Virus record (IMG/VR): IMGVR_UViG_3300020530_000425
Strand: one strand, 5' to 3'
DNA length: 20,000 nucleotides
From: an uncultured virus (IMG/VR IMGVR_UViG_3300020530_000425)
Lineage: Duplodnaviria > Heunggongvirae > Uroviricota > Caudoviricetes
Shown here: positions 16,917 through 20,000 of the stretch, piece by piece
Layout of the letters: each line of letters starts with the position of its first letter
Position numbering within the stretch: position 1 is the stretch's first letter
Translations under genes and position numbers: made by a program
The notes under the pieces: generated by a model
Databases searched by the model: none
The model's input: the letters and a program-made list of their open reading frames with translations, nothing else
Told to the model about the DNA's origin: nothing

Positions 16917-17417
16917 TTAAATTACAGAATGTAAAATTAGTTCGTGCAATCCTTCAACAATTCCGTAATCTTTACTATCTACCCAAAAATGTAATTTTGA
17001 ATGACTACCAAAGTTGGATTTCAATTTATTCTTTTCGGAATGACCCGACATTGTAATCATATCAATAGAGTTATCTACACAATACTTCGCACAATTCAGT
17101 ATATTTTTTGAATTACCTGATGATGATATTAATATTACCAATGTATCGCCCTCCACAAAGTGTTCTAAAAACATTTGATATGCGTTATCCCATCCGTAAT
17201 CATTCGCATAACAACTCATTCTAGGAGTATCTCCGAACGCAATTGCTTTAACCCCTAACATTTTATGGTAATCCTCTGCTATATGTAACGCAACGGCATT
17301 ACTACCACCATTACCTAATATAATGATATTACTATGATGATGTATTAAATTTTTCAATGTTGCTAATTTACCCAATTCTATTTGGGATAAACATTTTTTA
17401 TATTCTTGTAAATCCAT
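16917..17417 (-). CDS. SIS-domain phosphosugar isomerase, GmhA-like
   Basis: GNGGSNAVALH, ANDYG, ISSSGNSKNI, YGIVEGLH. Confidence 0.85.
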   Translation of the reverse strand: MDLQEYKKCLSQIELGKLATLKNLIHHHSNIIILGNGGSNAVALHIAEDYHKMLGVKAIAFGDTPRMSCYANDYGWDNAYQMFLEHFVEGDTLVILISSSGNSKNILNCAKYCVDNSIDMITMSGHSEKNKLKSNFGSHSKLHFWVDSKDYGIVEGLHELILHSVI

Positions 17418-17424
17418 ATATGCT

Positions 17425-17661
17425 TTATAAATTTTCTACACTATTCCATTTCTTTAAATCGCAACTACCCATAACAGGTGTGAATATCTTTTTACCCAAC
17501 GGACACCCACATTCACCGCATATTTCGGTAAATACTACTGAAGGTTGTTTGGATGGGCATGTTTGACAAATAGTATATCGTTTTCCAGCTAATATAGTTT
17601 GCTCTGGTGTTGGGTTTGCAGCTCTTCTCCAACTTAAAAATATTTCTGATACTTTGTTCAT
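17425..17661 (-). CDS. Small Cys-rich putative metal-binding protein
   Basis: RYTICQTCP...CGECGCPL...CDLKKW. Confidence 0.8.
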   Translation of the reverse strand: MNKVSEIFLSWRRAANPTPEQTILAGKRYTICQTCPSKQPSVVFTEICGECGCPLGKKIFTPVMGSCDLKKWNSVENL

Positions 17662-17960
17662 AAAGATTTGATTATATCATCGATTCGTTTACACTGCTCA
17701 AAAATTTCAAAATCTAGCATTCTCTGATGTATCCAATCCAATATTGAACTATATTCTTCCTTTTTAACGGTAACGTATGCAGGTACTCCTTCAAACCTAA
17801 ATACAACTAATTCTTTAGTTCCTTTAATTTTTTTGAAAACTTCGATTAAATCGATAATCTTAATCATCTGCTCTGCATTCATTTCTATCTTACTAATATA
17901 TTCTTTCCAATCCAATTGGATGTAACTTCTTTCTAGGCTAGATAAAACTTTGGCATTCAT
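17658..17960 (-). CDS. Hypothetical protein with a possible UVR-like C-terminal helix pair
   Basis: ORF track; ends EIFEQCKRIDDII; overlaps the next gene by 4 nt (ATGA). Confidence 0.7.
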   Translation of the reverse strand: MNAKVLSSLERSYIQLDWKEYISKIEMNAEQMIKIIDLIEVFKKIKGTKELVVFRFEGVPAYVTVKKEEYSSILDWIHQRMLDFEIFEQCKRIDDIIKSL

Positions 17961-17984
17961 ATAGATGTAGATGATTAGAGTATA

Positions 17985-18063
17985 ACAATATACTAATAAT
18001 TATTAAATTTTCCAAAATAACTGATTAAAAGCTTGTTTTTTATTTTCATTTTTTGTACATTGG
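17985..18063. promoter_or_regulatory. Divergent pair of Bacteroidota-type promoters
   Basis: Minus strand: TTTG(18016-18013)-N20-TATATTGT(17992-17985). Plus strand: TTG(18033-18035)-N20-TACATTGG(18056-18063). Confidence 0.5.
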
Positions 18064-18087
18064 ATTTGTTATGAAATAATACACTAT

Positions 18088-18240
18088 ATGAAAAACGAAA
18101 CGGATATTCTAATAGAAATTGCAGAGTTAGAGGTTGAACTGGCACGAGAAATGCGGGAAGATATTCTACATGATATCAACATACTAAAAATAAGAACGGC
18201 AATTGCTACACTCCAATGGGTGTTAGGAGTTGAAAAATAA
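18088..18240 (+). CDS. Hypothetical 50-aa protein (not in the ORF track)
   Basis: Manual translation MKNETDILIEIAELEVELAREMREDILHDINILKIRTAIATLQWVLGVEK*; promoter upstream. Confidence 0.7.
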   Translation: MKNETDILIEIAELEVELAREMREDILHDINILKIRTAIATLQWVLGVEK

Positions 18241-18253
18241 ATGTTAGAAAAAG

Positions 18254-18315
18254 CTAGGATTATTCGGTCTTTTTTCGTAGATTAGTAGAGTAATAATAGT
18301 TAAACCCCTAACCCC
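18254..18315 (+). promoter_or_regulatory. Promoter/leader copy A of the plus-strand island
   Basis: CTAG-N20-TAGATTAG, then tagagtaataatagttaaacccctaacccc. Confidence 0.6.
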
Positions 18316-18322
18316 AAATCGT

Positions 18323-18532
18323 ATGTATAATTACAAAACTTACACCAAAGCCCAACTAATCGAATTAGTTAACTCAATTGAATCCACTATCCACTCTACA
18401 TTGATGGCAGCAGAACCTGCTTCGAGGGAACACTCTTCCGAACTCCTTTCCCAACTGGCATTTGAGACTGGGTATCTGAAAGGTGGATTAAAGAGTGTAA
18501 TATCACACATCCAAGCTGCAAAAAAATATTAA
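18323..18532 (+). CDS. Hypothetical 69-aa protein
   Basis: ORF track; own promoter/leader. Confidence 0.75.
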   Translation: MYNYKTYTKAQLIELVNSIESTIHSTLMAAEPASREHSSELLSQLAFETGYLKGGLKSVISHIQAAKKY

Positions 18533-18560
18533 AAATAATCCAAAAATATTTTCACAAGCT

Positions 18561-18625
18561 CTTGGAATTGTGAGAAACTTTTCGTACATTTATAGAGTAA
18601 TAAGAGATAACCCCTAAAACCCCCC
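18561..18625 (+). promoter_or_regulatory. Promoter/leader copy B of the plus-strand island
   Basis: CTTG-N20-TACATTTA, then tagagtaataagagataacccctaaaaccccc; near-repeat of copy A. Confidence 0.65.
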
Positions 18626-18630
18626 TAAAA

Positions 18631-19215
18631 ATGAGTAAGAAAATGAAATTCGGATTTAACAAAATGACTTTTGAACTTCCATCTGCTTCCCTACAGACCA
18701 AAAAATGGGATAACAACAAACCATTTATCAATATGAATGCTAAAAACACTGCGAGTGTGATTAAGCAATACGCAAAACAAAAGTACGGAAACTCCATAGT
18801 AGTTTGGGCTAACTCCGATGTGTATAGTGGTGGTTCTTCAGTACGAATCAATGTGAGTAAAGCAGATGGTTCTCCAGTCTCCACCAACATCTACAACGAT
18901 ATCCAACTATTCTCCTACAACTTTAAAGCTGGTAGATTCGATGGAATGTATGATTGTTACGAATACAGAAACGATGAGGTTCTAACAGATAACGGAACTC
19001 AAATGGATTACTTCCCATCTTACATCTTCGTAGAAAATAAACCAAAGTGGGATTCAGTAGAATACTGGTTGAATGAGTGGAATACCTTTGACCCTTCTAA
19101 CTACTCTAGACCTATGGTAGGTAATACTCTTTGGGAGCAGTTTATGAACTTCAACTCCTCCTATTGGAAGAAAGGAACTTTGGAATCCCTAACCAAAGTA
19201 TTAGTAAAAGCATAA
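18631..19215 (+). CDS. Hypothetical protein, LPD29-like (large polyvalent protein-associated domain)
   Basis: YSGGSSVRINV...DGSP...FKAGRFDGMYDCYEY resembles the LPD29 pattern as I recall it. The ORF itself is solid; the family call is tentative. Confidence 0.6.
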   Translation: MSKKMKFGFNKMTFELPSASLQTKKWDNNKPFINMNAKNTASVIKQYAKQKYGNSIVVWANSDVYSGGSSVRINVSKADGSPVSTNIYNDIQLFSYNFKAGRFDGMYDCYEYRNDEVLTDNGTQMDYFPSYIFVENKPKWDSVEYWLNEWNTFDPSNYSRPMVGNTLWEQFMNFNSSYWKKGTLESLTKVLVKA

Positions 19216-19228
19216 CACATATTTTTTA

Positions 19229-19264
19229 TCGGCGGGGGTTGGGGGACCTCCGTCGAACTTTTTT
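19229..19264 (+). terminator. GC-rich intrinsic terminator at the convergent junction
   Basis: TCGGCGGGGGT-tggggg-ACCTCCGTCGA, an 11-bp stem with two G-U pairs, followed by acTTTTTT. Confidence 0.75.
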
Positions 19265-19293
19265 AAGAAAAATTTTTATACCTCAATTGATAG

Positions 19294-19992
19294 TTATATT
19301 AATCTCACCTTTTTTCTAATTTTTTTTATTTTCGGTAGTTCCAGTATTTTTCTATCACATATATAATCATAGTATTTAGTTTCTTCCTCTATAGCATTTA
19401 GTATTCTCGACCATATCTCGGGAAACACTATCTTTATGGAATTGATTATATCCGTACGAGAAGGACCGTATTTCGAAAAATTATAATCGGATGGAGTGTA
19501 TGCACCAGTAGCACCAACAATACCATTTTTAGCAAGAAAACGGGTTAAATCCCTTAATGGAACTATTTGTATATTTGGTCTCATTTGAAACAAATACCAC
19601 AATCCCTTATATAGTGTGGGTGACCAATGTCCCGTTCCAAATGTAGTATATTCCAATAACCATTCCCTTAATTCCAAATTAGTAGAAATAAACCCACCAC
19701 CATCTTTTATTAAATTTTTATGATGTCCGGATATATCGGTATGTAATGCGGCTTGTAATAAATCCATCGGCTCCCTTAATATTATATGTGTAATGGGTAG
19801 TTTCCAATAATGGAATATATGTTCCGAAGGAATCATTATTTTGTTATGATTTTCCGTATCGTTTATAAACTCATCCCAATCCAACGGAAATTGTGTATTT
19901 AATTGTGTTTTAATATCTAATAACTTATCTATATGACGGCTACCACATTTTGCGGGAACTAACCAATAGTTATTATATAGTGTTAAATCCAC
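19294..19992 (-). CDS. Sulfotransferase-like protein (divergent)
   Basis: VPAKCGSRHI (PK-x-GS loop-like), ILREP, HW motif; GTG start with an in-frame stop two codons upstream. Confidence 0.5.
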   Translation of the reverse strand: MDLTLYNNYWLVPAKCGSRHIDKLLDIKTQLNTQFPLDWDEFINDTENHNKIMIPSEHIFHYWKLPITHIILREPMDLLQAALHTDISGHHKNLIKDGGGFISTNLELREWLLEYTTFGTGHWSPTLYKGLWYLFQMRPNIQIVPLRDLTRFLAKNGIVGATGAYTPSDYNFSKYGPSRTDIINSIKIVFPEIWSRILNAIEEETKYYDYICDRKILELPKIKKIRKKVRLI

Positions 19993-20000
19993 CTCTTATC

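Noticed and set aside
19231..19245. G-quadruplex from the G-tracts
   Set aside because: Only two long G-runs; better explained as the stem and loop of a terminator.
16245..19319. ORFs 16245-16427 (+), 17357-17566 (+), 18552-18890 (-), 19131-19319 (+)
   Set aside because: Antisense to or out of frame with better-supported genes; the last one runs through a terminator.
1..20000. CRISPR array, tRNA/rRNA genes, transposase/integrase, stop-codon reassignment
   Set aside because: No repeat-spacer array, cloverleaf or recombinase motif seen by eye. ORFs tile the window in the standard code with TAA, TAG and TGA all used as stops.

Overview
AT-rich, densely packed, mostly minus-strand segment that looks like a large tailed phage of a Bacteroidota host. 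Evidence: a Gp5/Vgr-like baseplate gene, a gp55-like sigma factor, PhoH, Hsp20, peptide deformylase and UvsE, A-rich start regions with no obvious Shine-Dalgarno motifs, and eight T(T/A)G-N20-TAnnTT(T/A/G)N promoters of the Bacteroidota type. The centre (about 8.7-16.1 kb) is a cluster of tailoring enzymes: SGNH, radical SAM, two 2OG-Fe(II) oxygenases, an SDR, a HPAT/SERGT-like glycosyltransferase and a sulfotransferase-like protein. They all end in a similar basic/polar-hydrophobic-hydrophobic C-terminal motif. The cluster surrounds a 735-aa protein made of a circularly permuted ATP-grasp-like domain plus three tandem Hint domains with complementary catalytic defects, which bracket a 7-aa peptide (KVTTTTS); an unannotated 45-aa ORF follows it. 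This is the best candidate for an undescribed autoprocessing/peptide-modification system. A small plus-strand island of probable early genes lies at 18.1-19.2 kb. All family assignments come from recognising motifs by eye; no database searches were run.
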